Positions 1 through 8,476 of a DNA stretch of 53,261 nt are shown here, piece after piece; the stretch's first letter is position 1, and each line of letters begins with the position of its first letter. Made by a program: the position numbers and the translations under genes. The DNA is taken from IMG/VR virus record IMGVR_UViG_3300031687_000019, positions 1-53,261 of that record; one strand, given 5' to 3'. The DNA comes from a virus (taxonomy: Duplodnaviria > Caudoviricetes). The notes beneath the pieces were generated by a model. It was not told the DNA's origin. It made no database searches and saw only the letters and a list, made by a program, of their open reading frames with translations.

Positions 1-55
1 TTGAGCAATAGTAAATTTGAAAGAATGTTTTGTTTGAAAAGATTTGATTTGTCAT
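1..55 (-). CDS. 5' part of an early gene running off the left edge (MTNQIFSNKTFFQIYYCS...)
   Basis: ATG at 55 on the - strand, open to position 1; A/T-rich leader; downstream of the early-motif copy at 114-156. Confidence 0.5.
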   Translation of the reverse strand, partial: MTNQIFSNKTFFQIYYCS

Positions 56-113
56 TTGATATTTATTTAAGTTATTAATTATTATTTATTATTATTATTA
101 TTATTAATTTCTT

Positions 114-156
114 TATTCACTTATATTATCTATTATACGTCGTATTTACTATGCTA
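114..156 (-). promoter_or_regulatory. putative early promoter motif, copy 1
   Basis: - strand TAGCATAGTAAATACGACGTATAATAGATAATATAAGTGAATA aligns without gaps to copies at 47858, 51233 and 52284. Confidence 0.65.
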
Positions 157-364
157 TACACTCGCTGCGCTCGCGCACCGTTGTATTGTTAGTATGCCTA
201 AACCTTGGCCGTAAATCACGCGACAAAGGCAAAAGGTAAAGCCTAAACCCTAAAATCGAAAGGGGAGTGGGGTTTTTGAATTTTGTTTTCTTTTTAAAAA
301 TCATTTTTGTTTTTACTATATAGCCCTATACCTATAATTATGCAACAAAGTTTTTTTCCAGCCT

Positions 365-395
365 GTAGCTTTCTTGTAATTTGGGTAATAATATA
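365..395 (+). promoter_or_regulatory. putative middle/late promoter motif, copy 1
   Basis: GTAGCT-N13-GGTAATAATATA just upstream of the first + strand gene; matches the GTAGTT-N12/13-TGTRATTATAT consensus with a few mismatches. Confidence 0.55.
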
Positions 396-420
396 TATTA
401 TAGTAATAAAATGCAAATAA

Positions 421-705
421 ATGGCTTCAAAACAAAAATTATCGCCTGCGGCGAGGAAGCGTAAGGCTGTTAGAGACCTAGCCTATGCTAAAACTGCGGA
501 CAGGAAAGCTAAAAAAGCCCATGCACAGAGAGAAAGGCGCAAGGCTGTGCGCAGAGGCGTCAATGTTAAAGGTAAAGACTGGGATCACAAAGACAAAAGG
601 TGGGAAACTATAGCTAGAAACCGCGCAAATGACGGTAAAGGCACTAAGTCGGAGGGTAAAAAGAGGTACAAGGTACCAAAAAGTAAATATAAGAAGAAAA
701 AATAA
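421..705 (+). CDS. small basic protein with a minimal HNH-like motif
   Basis: K/R-rich; KDWDHKD...NRAN resembles the DH...N core of HNH proteins. Confidence 0.5.
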   Translation: MASKQKLSPAARKRKAVRDLAYAKTADRKAKKAHAQRERRKAVRRGVNVKGKDWDHKDKRWETIARNRANDGKGTKSEGKKRYKVPKSKYKKKK

Positions 706-710
706 AAATT

Positions 711-1649
711 ATGGCTAGATTAATAAGTTATCCAACCATTTCCACAATAGCATTAGGGGATTTGTTCCCTGTTACTGATATGTCTGATGTTGGGAAGCCG
801 CTAAAGAACGTTACGGCTACTAATTTACTCAGCTTTGTTGAAACTAATGCTGGTTTATGGAAAAAAATTCCAGGAGGGATAAATTATTCTGAGGGTAATG
901 TAGGTATTGGGGTAACTGCATTCACAGGATATTTAGAGGTGCTGAAAGTGAACATAGAAGACACCACTACTAGAGGACTACGCATTCAACTCGAAAAACA
1001 AACTACTAGTGCCGGAGGAGCCACCGCCAACGTGTATGGGGTAAGTACCTACGTAAAAGCAAACTCTACGGAAGCACTTTCAAACGCTCAAGCCTTATGG
1101 GGCAAGGCGGAACATATAGGTTCAAATACTTGTGACTTTATAGTGGGAACATCTGCAAGAGCACAGCATAACGGCTCAGGGGATTCAAATGGTGTTTATG
1201 GGGTATTTTCTGAGGGTGCAGTTATAGGAACTGGTGTTAGCACACAACAAAACATTATAGGTACGTACAATACAGCAAAGCTAGACAACACAAATGCAAC
1301 GGCAGAAAAAATGTATGGTGCATATATCTATGCAGTATTAAATGCCGGTACCGTTAGAGCTCGCTTGGTAGTAATGATCCTGGATTTTGATGACATCGGA
1401 ACAGGGGTTGTATCCGGGGACTTCGAATATTTAAGAATAGAAAACAACGTCCCATCTGCTGTGGGAGGTACAGCAAGGGCAATAAACTCTTTATCAACTT
1501 TGCCTTCTGAGTTTGCGGGTTCAGTTCAATCAGCAGGATCCATCAATACAGCAATAGCAGAACATGCAGACAATGCAGCGGCAATTACAGCAGGACTTGT
1601 AGTGGGTACCCACTACAGAACTGGAGACTTGTTGAAGATAGTTCATTAA
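711..1649 (+). CDS. fibre-like virion protein
   Basis: YSEGNVGIG motif, G/A/T/N-rich beta-repeat body, C-terminal ADNAAAITAGL...YRTGDLLKIVH typical of Bacteroidota-phage fibres. Confidence 0.55.
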   Translation: MARLISYPTISTIALGDLFPVTDMSDVGKPLKNVTATNLLSFVETNAGLWKKIPGGINYSEGNVGIGVTAFTGYLEVLKVNIEDTTTRGLRIQLEKQTTSAGGATANVYGVSTYVKANSTEALSNAQALWGKAEHIGSNTCDFIVGTSARAQHNGSGDSNGVYGVFSEGAVIGTGVSTQQNIIGTYNTAKLDNTNATAEKMYGAYIYAVLNAGTVRARLVVMILDFDDIGTGVVSGDFEYLRIENNVPSAVGGTARAINSLSTLPSEFAGSVQSAGSINTAIAEHADNAAAITAGLVVGTHYRTGDLLKIVH

Positions 1650-1678
1650 GTAGCTTTCCAATTAATAACTTAAATTGC

Positions 1679-1712
1679 GTAGTTTTTTTAAATTACGTGT
1701 AATTATATAATA
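1679..1712 (+). promoter_or_regulatory. putative middle/late promoter motif, copy 2
   Basis: GTAGTT-N13-TGTAATTATATAATA upstream of groEL. Confidence 0.7.
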
Positions 1713-1724
1713 AAATTTAATCTA

Positions 1725-3263
1725 ATGAGTCAAATAGTAAAAAAGTTTAGCTTTGGAAACAAAGGTAGAGAAAAAGTATTTAAGGGTATTGAAACCCTAA
1801 CTGAAGCAGTGGCTTCTACACTAGGAGGTGGAGGTGAATGTGTTATTTTTGAAAATGCGCAAGGTGTGCCCATGATAACAAAAGATGGGGTTACTGTCGC
1901 GGAGCTAAGTGTTCTTTTGGATCCTGTAGAAAACATGGGGGCTTCTTTAGTTAAGCAAGCCGCTAGAAGAACAGTTGCGGAAGCAGGGGATGGGACTACA
2001 ACATCCACAGTGCTAGCTCACGCTATATTAAAAGAATTTGATAAATCCAAAAGTAAATTCACCAGCAGGGAAAAACGCGACGCTATTAGTAAAATAGTTG
2101 ACAAAACTTTAAAGCACTTAGATAAACAAGCAAAACCTGTTAACGGGGGCATGATTGACGAAGTAGCTACTATATCTACAAATAATGATGAAGAGCTTGG
2201 TAAATTAATAGCTGATGCATATAGAGCCGTGGATTTAACCGGCGTTGTAATGATGGAAACATCCCAAGACGGCAACACAAGCATTGAGGTGGTTGAAGGA
2301 GTACAATATGAAAAAGGTTTTACCAATAATCATTTTGTAACCAATGCGTCTGCAAATACAGCGGAATTAAATAATCCCAAGATACTACTTGTTGATTCAG
2401 CCGTAGATACCATTAGACAAATACAAACGATACTGGAACATGTAATTAAGAATAACACCCCCTTATTAATTGTAGGGGATGTTGATCCCAAAGTTGCGGC
2501 TGCCTTAGCCATGAATAAAAACAAGGGGTCTATAAAAATAAATATAATTCCCGCACCTACCCACGGTGTAAATAGAAAAGAAATATTTGATGACTTAGCC
2601 CTATTGACAGGGGCCACAGTTATAAGCGAAAGCTTAGGAGATGATCTAGACCTAATAGATCTATCGTGCTTAGGCACTTGTGTAAAAGCAGTGTCAACAT
2701 TTAGAGATACGGTATTTCAAATAGACGAAGAACAATCTGAGGAAGTTCAGGCTATTATTAACAACATTAAAAAGCAATTGCTAACAGAATCTCTTGCAGG
2801 CAAAGTAATAAAGCTTGAAAAAAGATTAGCAATGCTCGCTGCTAAGCTAGCAATAGTAAAAGTAGGAGGAAATTCAGATGTTGAATTAAATGAAAAGAAA
2901 GATAGAGTTGAGGATGCAATATGCGCTACTAAAGCGGCTATCAAAGAAGGTGTGGTTGCAGGTGGAGGTATCGCGTTGATTAACGCGGCCAAAAGCATTA
3001 AAGCAAAAAATTCTGCGGAAGAATTAGTTTTAGAAGCGCTATTCTCTCCATATAATACAATAATGAAAAATGCGGGCCTAGAGTTAAGGGACATCGACAA
3101 AAAGAATTTCGGGGTTAATGTAGAGACCGGGAAAATGGTTAATATGTTTACAGCAGGTATCATAGATCCTGTACTAGTTACAAAGTCGGCTTTAAAAAAC
3201 GCCGCTTCAGTTGCTTCGACTATATTGTCAACTAACTGTGTTATGTCTAATGTAAGAGAATAA
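1725..3263 (+). CDS. groEL: phage chaperonin GroEL (Cpn60)
   Basis: ITKDGVTVA, AGDGTTTSTVLA, EKKDRVEDA, GVVAGGG and GIIDP motifs; no GGM tail. Confidence 0.97.
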   Translation: MSQIVKKFSFGNKGREKVFKGIETLTEAVASTLGGGGECVIFENAQGVPMITKDGVTVAELSVLLDPVENMGASLVKQAARRTVAEAGDGTTTSTVLAHAILKEFDKSKSKFTSREKRDAISKIVDKTLKHLDKQAKPVNGGMIDEVATISTNNDEELGKLIADAYRAVDLTGVVMMETSQDGNTSIEVVEGVQYEKGFTNNHFVTNASANTAELNNPKILLVDSAVDTIRQIQTILEHVIKNNTPLLIVGDVDPKVAAALAMNKNKGSIKINIIPAPTHGVNRKEIFDDLALLTGATVISESLGDDLDLIDLSCLGTCVKAVSTFRDTVFQIDEEQSEEVQAIINNIKKQLLTESLAGKVIKLEKRLAMLAAKLAIVKVGGNSDVELNEKKDRVEDAICATKAAIKEGVVAGGGIALINAAKSIKAKNSAEELVLEALFSPYNTIMKNAGLELRDIDKKNFGVNVETGKMVNMFTAGIIDPVLVTKSALKNAASVASTILSTNCVMSNVRE

Positions 3264-3264
3264 T

Positions 3265-3525
3265 ATGAAAGCAATAGGTAGAAACATAATAATAAAAAAG
3301 TTAAAAGAAGGTATAACTGAAACTGAGGGCGGTTTGCTCTTAGCCGAAAGTCACAGAGAAGATATCCGATACGTAGAAGCTACGGTTGTATCAACAGGTA
3401 GCGAATGCGATGGTATTAAAAAAGACGACGTCATATACTACGATAGACATGCCGGCCATAAGATTGAGATAAATCGGAAGACACTCCATGTTATAAAGAC
3501 AGGAGATGTAGTGTTTGTTTTATGA
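3265..3525 (+). CDS. groES: co-chaperonin GroES (Cpn10)
   Basis: 86 aa; TEGGLLL mobile loop, VVSTG, IKKDDVIYY; adjacent to groEL. Confidence 0.9.
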   Translation: MKAIGRNIIIKKLKEGITETEGGLLLAESHREDIRYVEATVVSTGSECDGIKKDDVIYYDRHAGHKIEINRKTLHVIKTGDVVFVL

Positions 3526-3968
3526 GAAAGCTAACAGGCGCAGATTTAAAAAACGCGGGTTTGTTAAAGCACTATAGGATTATACGCAAATGGGCTTGCA
3601 AAACAAACGGCATTACTGATGCGGATCTTGAGCTGTTAATATATTTTGATTGCTTAGATCAATTTAGAAAGCGCGATTTTGAAGACGGTAGCCTTACATA
3701 CTCTTGGGACAACAGGAGATGGAATAAGCTGCTCAAAGAAGGCTGGATAGTTAAATGGCGTGGCTATAATGGATCTGATAAAACTTACAGCATATACAAA
3801 ATAAGTTTTAGATGCAAATGCTTAATACAGCAGATGTATCGTATAATGCTAGGAGAGGAAGATATACCTACTTCAACCAGGCGTAATCCGGTTATGAAAA
3901 AAAAATCATACGGTGATAAAGTATACTCTGTTGCCTTTAATAAAGTTAATAACGATAAAACACGATAA
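3522..3968 (+). CDS. putative winged-helix DNA-binding protein
   Basis: ITDADLELLIYF...KLLKEGWIVK...YKIS resembles a MarR-like wHTH. Confidence 0.45.
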   Translation: MRKLTGADLKNAGLLKHYRIIRKWACKTNGITDADLELLIYFDCLDQFRKRDFEDGSLTYSWDNRRWNKLLKEGWIVKWRGYNGSDKTYSIYKISFRCKCLIQQMYRIMLGEEDIPTSTRRNPVMKKKSYGDKVYSVAFNKVNNDKTR

Positions 3969-3970
3969 TT

Positions 3971-4429
3971 ATGATAAACATGTTTGGAAGCGGCCCGTCA
4001 AGCGCGCAATCTAGGGTGGCAACTACTATGCAGGGTGCCCTAGAAATGGCCCGAGCTCAACAAGCTAAAAAAAGAAGCTTAATAGGCGGCGGAGAAGGTT
4101 TAGGAGGAGGTCATGGAATTGCCGAAGTAACAGCAGATAATCAAGTAGGTTCTTTAGCACAAAGCTCTATTCCCGGAGGAACACTAGGGGCGGGAGGCTT
4201 TGCGCAAGCCCCGGCTATTCCCGGCGGATCGCTAGGTCCAGGAGGCTTTCCAGTAGCAACAGCAAACCCTGAGATGGCAGCGGAGTCTTCTCCAGTTGCC
4301 TCAGAAACAATGGCAACTGCAGCGGCTGCCCGAGATCCTTATAATAATGCAATACGTACGCCTCAGCAAGATGCTGTAGGCCAAATACAAGGAAATGCGT
4401 TTATGCGTGATAGATCTCTTTACATTTAA
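3971..4429 (+). CDS. hypothetical G/A-rich protein
   Basis: ORF in operon; duplicated IPGG(T/S)LG(A/P)GGF motif. Confidence 0.7.
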   Translation: MINMFGSGPSSAQSRVATTMQGALEMARAQQAKKRSLIGGGEGLGGGHGIAEVTADNQVGSLAQSSIPGGTLGAGGFAQAPAIPGGSLGPGGFPVATANPEMAAESSPVASETMATAAAARDPYNNAIRTPQQDAVGQIQGNAFMRDRSLYI

Positions 4430-4452
4430 AAATAACGTTAAAATATAAAATT

Positions 4453-4713
4453 ATGGATCACACAGAAGAATATAGACTAGGAAGCGTTGCGAATAGACAA
4501 AAGACAATGTCTCAAAGCAGCATATCACCAGAAGGTGAAGGTGCCGTATGGGGAGGACCCTTAAGTCAAGAGGGTAGGCCTCACGTACCCGGAAACTCTA
4601 GGGGACCACAAGGAATTCAAGTACTAAAGTACCCTACACCATATACTTACGAGCCAATAACACAATGCGCTAAAAAAGGAAAATACTTTGAAGCTTACAC
4701 GAAATTTTCTTAA
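4453..4713 (+). CDS. hypothetical protein
   Basis: ORF with A-rich leader in operon. Confidence 0.65.
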   Translation: MDHTEEYRLGSVANRQKTMSQSSISPEGEGAVWGGPLSQEGRPHVPGNSRGPQGIQVLKYPTPYTYEPITQCAKKGKYFEAYTKFS

Positions 4714-5074
4714 ATCAGAATTTGAATGTAAGTGTGGTTGCGAAATGCCGAGTGAAGTTTTTTTAAATATTCAAAAGCTTGCCGGTCAATTGCAATATAT
4801 ACGGGATTTTATAGATTGGCCTATAAAACTTACCAATGCATACAGATGCGCCGATCACAACGAAAAAGTAGGGGGGGTTTCTGATAGCCAACATCTATTA
4901 GGAAAGGCTGCTGATATACAGGTTAAAACATTACCTCCTAAAGACCTATACAAGGTAGTAGATACTTTAGCTGAATACGGTAGAGTGCTACAGGGTGGAT
5001 TGGGAGAGTATAATACTTTTGTGCATTACGATATACGCAAAACAAAAGCAAGATGGGATAATACAAAAAAATAA
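4688..5074 (+). CDS. endolysin, peptidase M15 family (Zn D-Ala-D-Ala-type peptidase)
   Basis: EFECKCG, YRC..HN..VGG..SQHLLGKAADI, FVHYD; TTG start. Confidence 0.9.
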   Translation: MKLTRNFLKSEFECKCGCEMPSEVFLNIQKLAGQLQYIRDFIDWPIKLTNAYRCADHNEKVGGVSDSQHLLGKAADIQVKTLPPKDLYKVVDTLAEYGRVLQGGLGEYNTFVHYDIRKTKARWDNTKK

Positions 5075-5076
5075 TT

Positions 5077-5199
5077 ATGGCAAAAGCATTTAAAGTACAT
5101 AATATGTACAAGGGAAAGATTACTAAAAAAGTTAATACTATGGCTCAACATAATGCTTTAAAAGCAAAAGGCTATAGTCATAAAAAACCTAAAAAGTAA
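5077..5199 (+). CDS. 40-aa basic microprotein (not in ORF track)
   Basis: MAKAFKVHNMYKGKITKKVNTMAQHNALKAKGYSHKKPKK; its stop overlaps the next ATG (TAATG). Confidence 0.7.
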   Translation: MAKAFKVHNMYKGKITKKVNTMAQHNALKAKGYSHKKPKK

Positions 5200-5537
5200 T
5201 GGCCGTAGCAAAAAAGAAAAAAGCTGCCCCAAAGAAAAAAGCTGCCCCAAAGAAAAAAGGCAAAGCTCCTTCGCGTAAAAAATCAAAAGGAAATTACGCC
5301 GCAGTAAAAAAAGGCAAGGGCTCAGGCAAAAAAGCCGGGGGTGGTATGACTGCTAAGGGGGTTGCGAAATATCGTAAAGATAATCCAGGTAGCAAGCTAA
5401 AAACCGCTGTGACTAAATCGCCTTCAAAATTAAAACCGGGTAGCAAAGACGCTAAAAGACGTAAAGCTTTTTGCGCAAGATCTAAAAGCTGGAAATCAGA
5501 AAGAGGATTAGCTGCACGAAGAAAATGGAATTGCTAG
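5199..5537 (+). CDS. basic protein, DUF6321-like core with histone-H1-like KKKAAP repeats
   Basis: GGMTAKGVAKYR..NPGSKLKTAVT...RRKAFCAR...RRKWNC; 18-bp tandem repeat at 5213-5259. Confidence 0.75.
   Translation: MAVAKKKKAAPKKKAAPKKKGKAPSRKKSKGNYAAVKKGKGSGKKAGGGMTAKGVAKYRKDNPGSKLKTAVTKSPSKLKPGSKDAKRRKAFCARSKSWKSERGLAARRKWNC
5213..5259 (+). repeat. 18-bp coding tandem repeat AAAGAAAAAAGCTGCCCC, about 2.5 copies
   Basis: seen directly; encodes KKKAAP. Confidence 0.9.
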
Positions 5538-5538
5538 T

Positions 5539-5676
5539 ATGAAAAGAAACAAACCAAATTGCGGATGTCTTAGTAAATACATGAAGACTCCCCAGACAGG
5601 AGTCAAAGGGTCTAAAGGCAGAAATGGCTGGGATGCAAAACCAGTGTTTAGAATAACTAATCCAGGTAGAAGATGA
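5539..5676 (+). CDS. 45-aa basic microprotein (not in ORF track)
   Basis: MKRNKPNCGCLSKYMKTPQTGVKGSKGRNGWDAKPVFRITNPGRR; ATGA overlap with the next ORF. Confidence 0.6.
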   Translation: MKRNKPNCGCLSKYMKTPQTGVKGSKGRNGWDAKPVFRITNPGRR

Positions 5677-5786
5677 AAGCAAAAAAGAAAACAACACCCT
5701 GTTGGAAAGGATATATGAAGCAAGGTATGAAAAAAAAGGGGGGAAAGCAAGTTAATAACTGTGTGCCTATAAGAAAAGCAAAATAA
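5673..5786 (+). CDS. 37-aa CWKGY-motif microprotein (not in ORF track)
   Basis: MKAKKKTTPCWKGYMKQGMKKKGGKQVNNCVPIRKAK; the PCWKGY..GMK.KGG...NCVP motif recurs in marine phage proteins. Confidence 0.75.
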   Translation: MKAKKKTTPCWKGYMKQGMKKKGGKQVNNCVPIRKAK

Positions 5787-5809
5787 CAATAACCTAAAAC
5801 CGAAACAAA

Positions 5810-6037
5810 ATGAACAAGTATGACAAAAAAATGATGCATGAGCGCGAGCTTATTTACGATGCAAAAGGACAACTTCACAGAGCTGATGAAAAATACAAGC
5901 GTGGAGACAGAGGGGCTAAGCAAACGATGATTCACGATCGTGAGTTGGTATATGATGCAAAAGGTGACATTCACAAAACAGACAACGCTAAGCATAGTGG
6001 GCATCCACTTAGTAAGCATTGGTACAAAAATCGCTAA
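5810..6037 (+). CDS. hypothetical protein with internal duplication
   Basis: MMHERELIYDAKGQLHRAD / MIHDRELVYDAKGDIHKTD. Confidence 0.75.
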   Translation: MNKYDKKMMHERELIYDAKGQLHRADEKYKRGDRGAKQTMIHDRELVYDAKGDIHKTDNAKHSGHPLSKHWYKNR

Positions 6038-6042
6038 TAATT

Positions 6043-6468
6043 ATGGCAGAATCAAACAAGCAAGAAAAGAAAAATCTTTTAAAAGATAATCCAATTGCCA
6101 AAAGAGCAGCGGTTAAGACAGCGCCGAAGGCAAAAACAAAATCTGCAAGATTAAAAGCAAAAGCGGCAGAAGTTAAGAAAAGAAATCCTGCAAGAGCTGC
6201 AAGATTAGAAAAACGCTCTGTAAGAAAAGCAGGTAGAGAGAAGAAGAAAGAAGTTAGAGTAGACGCCAGAACTAAGCGTAAGATAGACCGCAAAACCACC
6301 TCAGCGTCAACAGCTGCAGTGGATATGGGTAACGCAAAAAGCGGTAGCAGAAAAGAAGCAAGAAAGGGAAGGAAGATGGTGAAAAAAGTAAAGCAGCGAG
6401 AAAAACTTGAAGCAACTAAATCCGGTAAAAGAGTAGCGGCCGCTTCCAAAAAGAAGAAAAACTACTAA
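6043..6468 (+). CDS. very basic K/R/A-rich protein
   Basis: histone/protamine-like composition; start 6043 preferred because it avoids overlap with the upstream gene. Confidence 0.7.
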   Translation: MAESNKQEKKNLLKDNPIAKRAAVKTAPKAKTKSARLKAKAAEVKKRNPARAARLEKRSVRKAGREKKKEVRVDARTKRKIDRKTTSASTAAVDMGNAKSGSRKEARKGRKMVKKVKQREKLEATKSGKRVAAASKKKKNY

Positions 6469-6508
6469 ACAAGAATAAATAACAGAATAGGACTGTATAA
6501 ACCTAGCT

Positions 6509-6545
6509 AAACAAAAACAATAACAAAAACAAAAACAAAAACAAA
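6509..6545 (+). repeat. (AAAAAC)n leader repeat, probable translation enhancer
   Basis: about 6 imperfect hexamers abutting ATG 6546. Confidence 0.7.
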
Positions 6546-6824
6546 ATGGCAAAATTTATCGCAATTAAGTCTACAGGTGCTGGATTAGCAGGTGGGGACG
6601 TATTATTAGGAGTAGAAGGAATTATCGGTGTAGGAGCAGCATCAGCAACAACAACTGTAGTTGAGTATGATGCTAAAAAAGCAACAATAACTCATTCAAC
6701 CGTAGGCACAACCCCTTCAGTAAGAGATGCAGTTAACGCAGCACTAACGGCTAACCCAGGTGGGGTTAAAGCTAGAGTACAGCTACCAGTAGGTATTACT
6801 GTAAGCGCAATAGCAATAGCGTAA
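6546..6824 (+). CDS. small A/G/T/V-rich protein, probable virion (decoration-type) protein
   Basis: structural-protein composition, strong A-rich leader, followed by a terminator. Confidence 0.5.
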   Translation: MAKFIAIKSTGAGLAGGDVLLGVEGIIGVGAASATTTVVEYDAKKATITHSTVGTTPSVRDAVNAALTANPGGVKARVQLPVGITVSAIAIA

Positions 6825-6835
6825 TTATTTTTAAT

Positions 6836-6869
6836 AACCCTGCGGAGTAAAATTCGCGGGGTTTTTATT
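6836..6869 (+). terminator. intrinsic terminator
   Basis: CCCTGCGGA-GTAAAA-TTCGCGGGG followed by TTTTTATT. Confidence 0.8.
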
Positions 6870-6880
6870 AAACAAAGAAT

Positions 6881-7285
6881 ATGAGCAAAATAATTTCATG
6901 GTTAACTGGAGGGCTTATCAAAGAAGTAGGTAAGGTAATCGATAGTTTAACTACCACAAAGGAAGAAAAACTTGAGATTAAAAAACAATTGCAAGTTATT
7001 CTTGAAAAAGCCGAGGCTAACGCTCAGGTGGAAGTTACTTCAAGGTGGAAGTCAGACATGAGTTCTGATAGCTACCTTTCAAAAAATATTCGACCCATGG
7101 TATTAATATACCTTACGTTTATATTTTCATTATTAGCATTTACTGATGGGAATATTGGTCACTTTAAAATAGCGGAAGAGTACATACCTATCTTTCAAGT
7201 GCTATTGGTAACTGTTTACGGGGCGTACTTTGTAGGTAGGTCTTGGGAGAAAGGCAGGAAAATAATGAATAATAAAGATAAATAA
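6881..7285 (+). CDS. holin, 3TM (GTA holin-like) family
   Basis: RWKSDMSSDSYLSKNIRP followed by two hydrophobic helices and GAYFVGRSWEK. Confidence 0.8.
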   Translation: MSKIISWLTGGLIKEVGKVIDSLTTTKEEKLEIKKQLQVILEKAEANAQVEVTSRWKSDMSSDSYLSKNIRPMVLIYLTFIFSLLAFTDGNIGHFKIAEEYIPIFQVLLVTVYGAYFVGRSWEKGRKIMNNKDK

Positions 7286-7286
7286 A

Positions 7287-7320
7287 GTAGTTTTATAAGA
7301 TTTCGTGTAATTATATAATA
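7287..7320 (+). promoter_or_regulatory. putative middle/late promoter motif, copy 3
   Basis: GTAGTT-N13-TGTAATTATATAATA. Confidence 0.7.
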
Positions 7321-7347
7321 AATATAATAACAATTAAATCTAATACT

Positions 7348-7692
7348 ATGAAAAATCTAATTATTGCATTATTTATTACGCTAACATCATTTGCAGCAAA
7401 AGCACAAGAACAGTTTAGTGGGATTTGGCAAACCGAGGATTCTAACTATTTAAAAACTATACTAGCATCGGACTATTCAGTATTGCAGTGTTTTAACACT
7501 TCATTTAAAGAATACAATGTTATAACAGAAACAATTGTTTTTGAAAGCAAAAACAAATTTACCACGGAATTATATAATCCAGATAATGGATACCGTGTTA
7601 CAATAGAGTACACATTAATAAACAAAGATTCAATTTCTAGTAAATACACCGGTGATGTTACCGGAGTTTACGGAATAAAACGATTATATTAA
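7348..7692 (+). CDS. exported protein with Sec signal peptide
   Basis: MKNLIIALFITLTSFAAKA|QEQ; mature part FSGIWQT resembles a lipocalin-like N-terminus. Confidence 0.7.
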   Translation: MKNLIIALFITLTSFAAKAQEQFSGIWQTEDSNYLKTILASDYSVLQCFNTSFKEYNVITETIVFESKNKFTTELYNPDNGYRVTIEYTLINKDSISSKYTGDVTGVYGIKRLY

Positions 7693-7701
7693 AAAAAAAT
7701 C

Positions 7702-8451
7702 ATGGCTTATAAACAAAATTTTGGTAGAGACAATTTAACAAACCTAAACGTAGCTGCTCTCACTAACGGGGGCACCGACCCAACTGACCCAACTGACCCA
7801 AAACCAAATGGGGTGGTTGCTAGTTCAGATGACCTGACCTTTGGGGGTGGAGTCACCAATGAGCTAGAAGGAGTAACTCTTGGGACTGTTAAAAACACTA
7901 AACCAAAAGTAAACCGACCAAAAACTCTTCGTGACAGTATTCTTGACAACACAGCCGACGATTCGTACACTATGTATAATGCAGATACTAAAAAAACTAC
8001 AAAGCAAAAAGTTGATCCTATAAGTGGAACAAACTTTGACGAAACAACTTATAGTAACCCGGCAACTAAATATACTGCTTCGCTTACTAGCGGCAATAAA
8101 TCGGTTTCTACATCATCAAGTAGATACCCGAGCATCTCCACAATTAACGCTAACCACCCTTACATTAGCAGTGCTTCAAATTACGTAGGCACGATGCCCG
8201 CTGATCGCCAAGACGGTTTTCAAGAAACCTATACGGACAACAACTTTATTAGAGACACAAAAACCGGCAAACAAATCATAGGCCTTCCTAAAAATTCAGA
8301 GCCAACCCATCGAGGAAAAATAAATGCTCTGAAAAAACACAAAAAAGACAGCGTTAGTAGCAGGAAAGTTCGAATAAATGCGCAGGTTAGAAATGAACGA
8401 TCTCTAGATCGAGCAGGCTTACTAAAGGACTTGATTAAAAAAAATAGATAG
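7702..8451 (+). CDS. hypothetical protein, possible internal virion protein
   Basis: MAYKQ start, TDPTDPTDP repeat, low complexity. Confidence 0.7.
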   Translation: MAYKQNFGRDNLTNLNVAALTNGGTDPTDPTDPKPNGVVASSDDLTFGGGVTNELEGVTLGTVKNTKPKVNRPKTLRDSILDNTADDSYTMYNADTKKTTKQKVDPISGTNFDETTYSNPATKYTASLTSGNKSVSTSSSRYPSISTINANHPYISSASNYVGTMPADRQDGFQETYTDNNFIRDTKTGKQIIGLPKNSEPTHRGKINALKKHKKDSVSSRKVRINAQVRNERSLDRAGLLKDLIKKNR

Positions 8452-8476
8452 CAATTAACCAATAAAAAAAATAATT

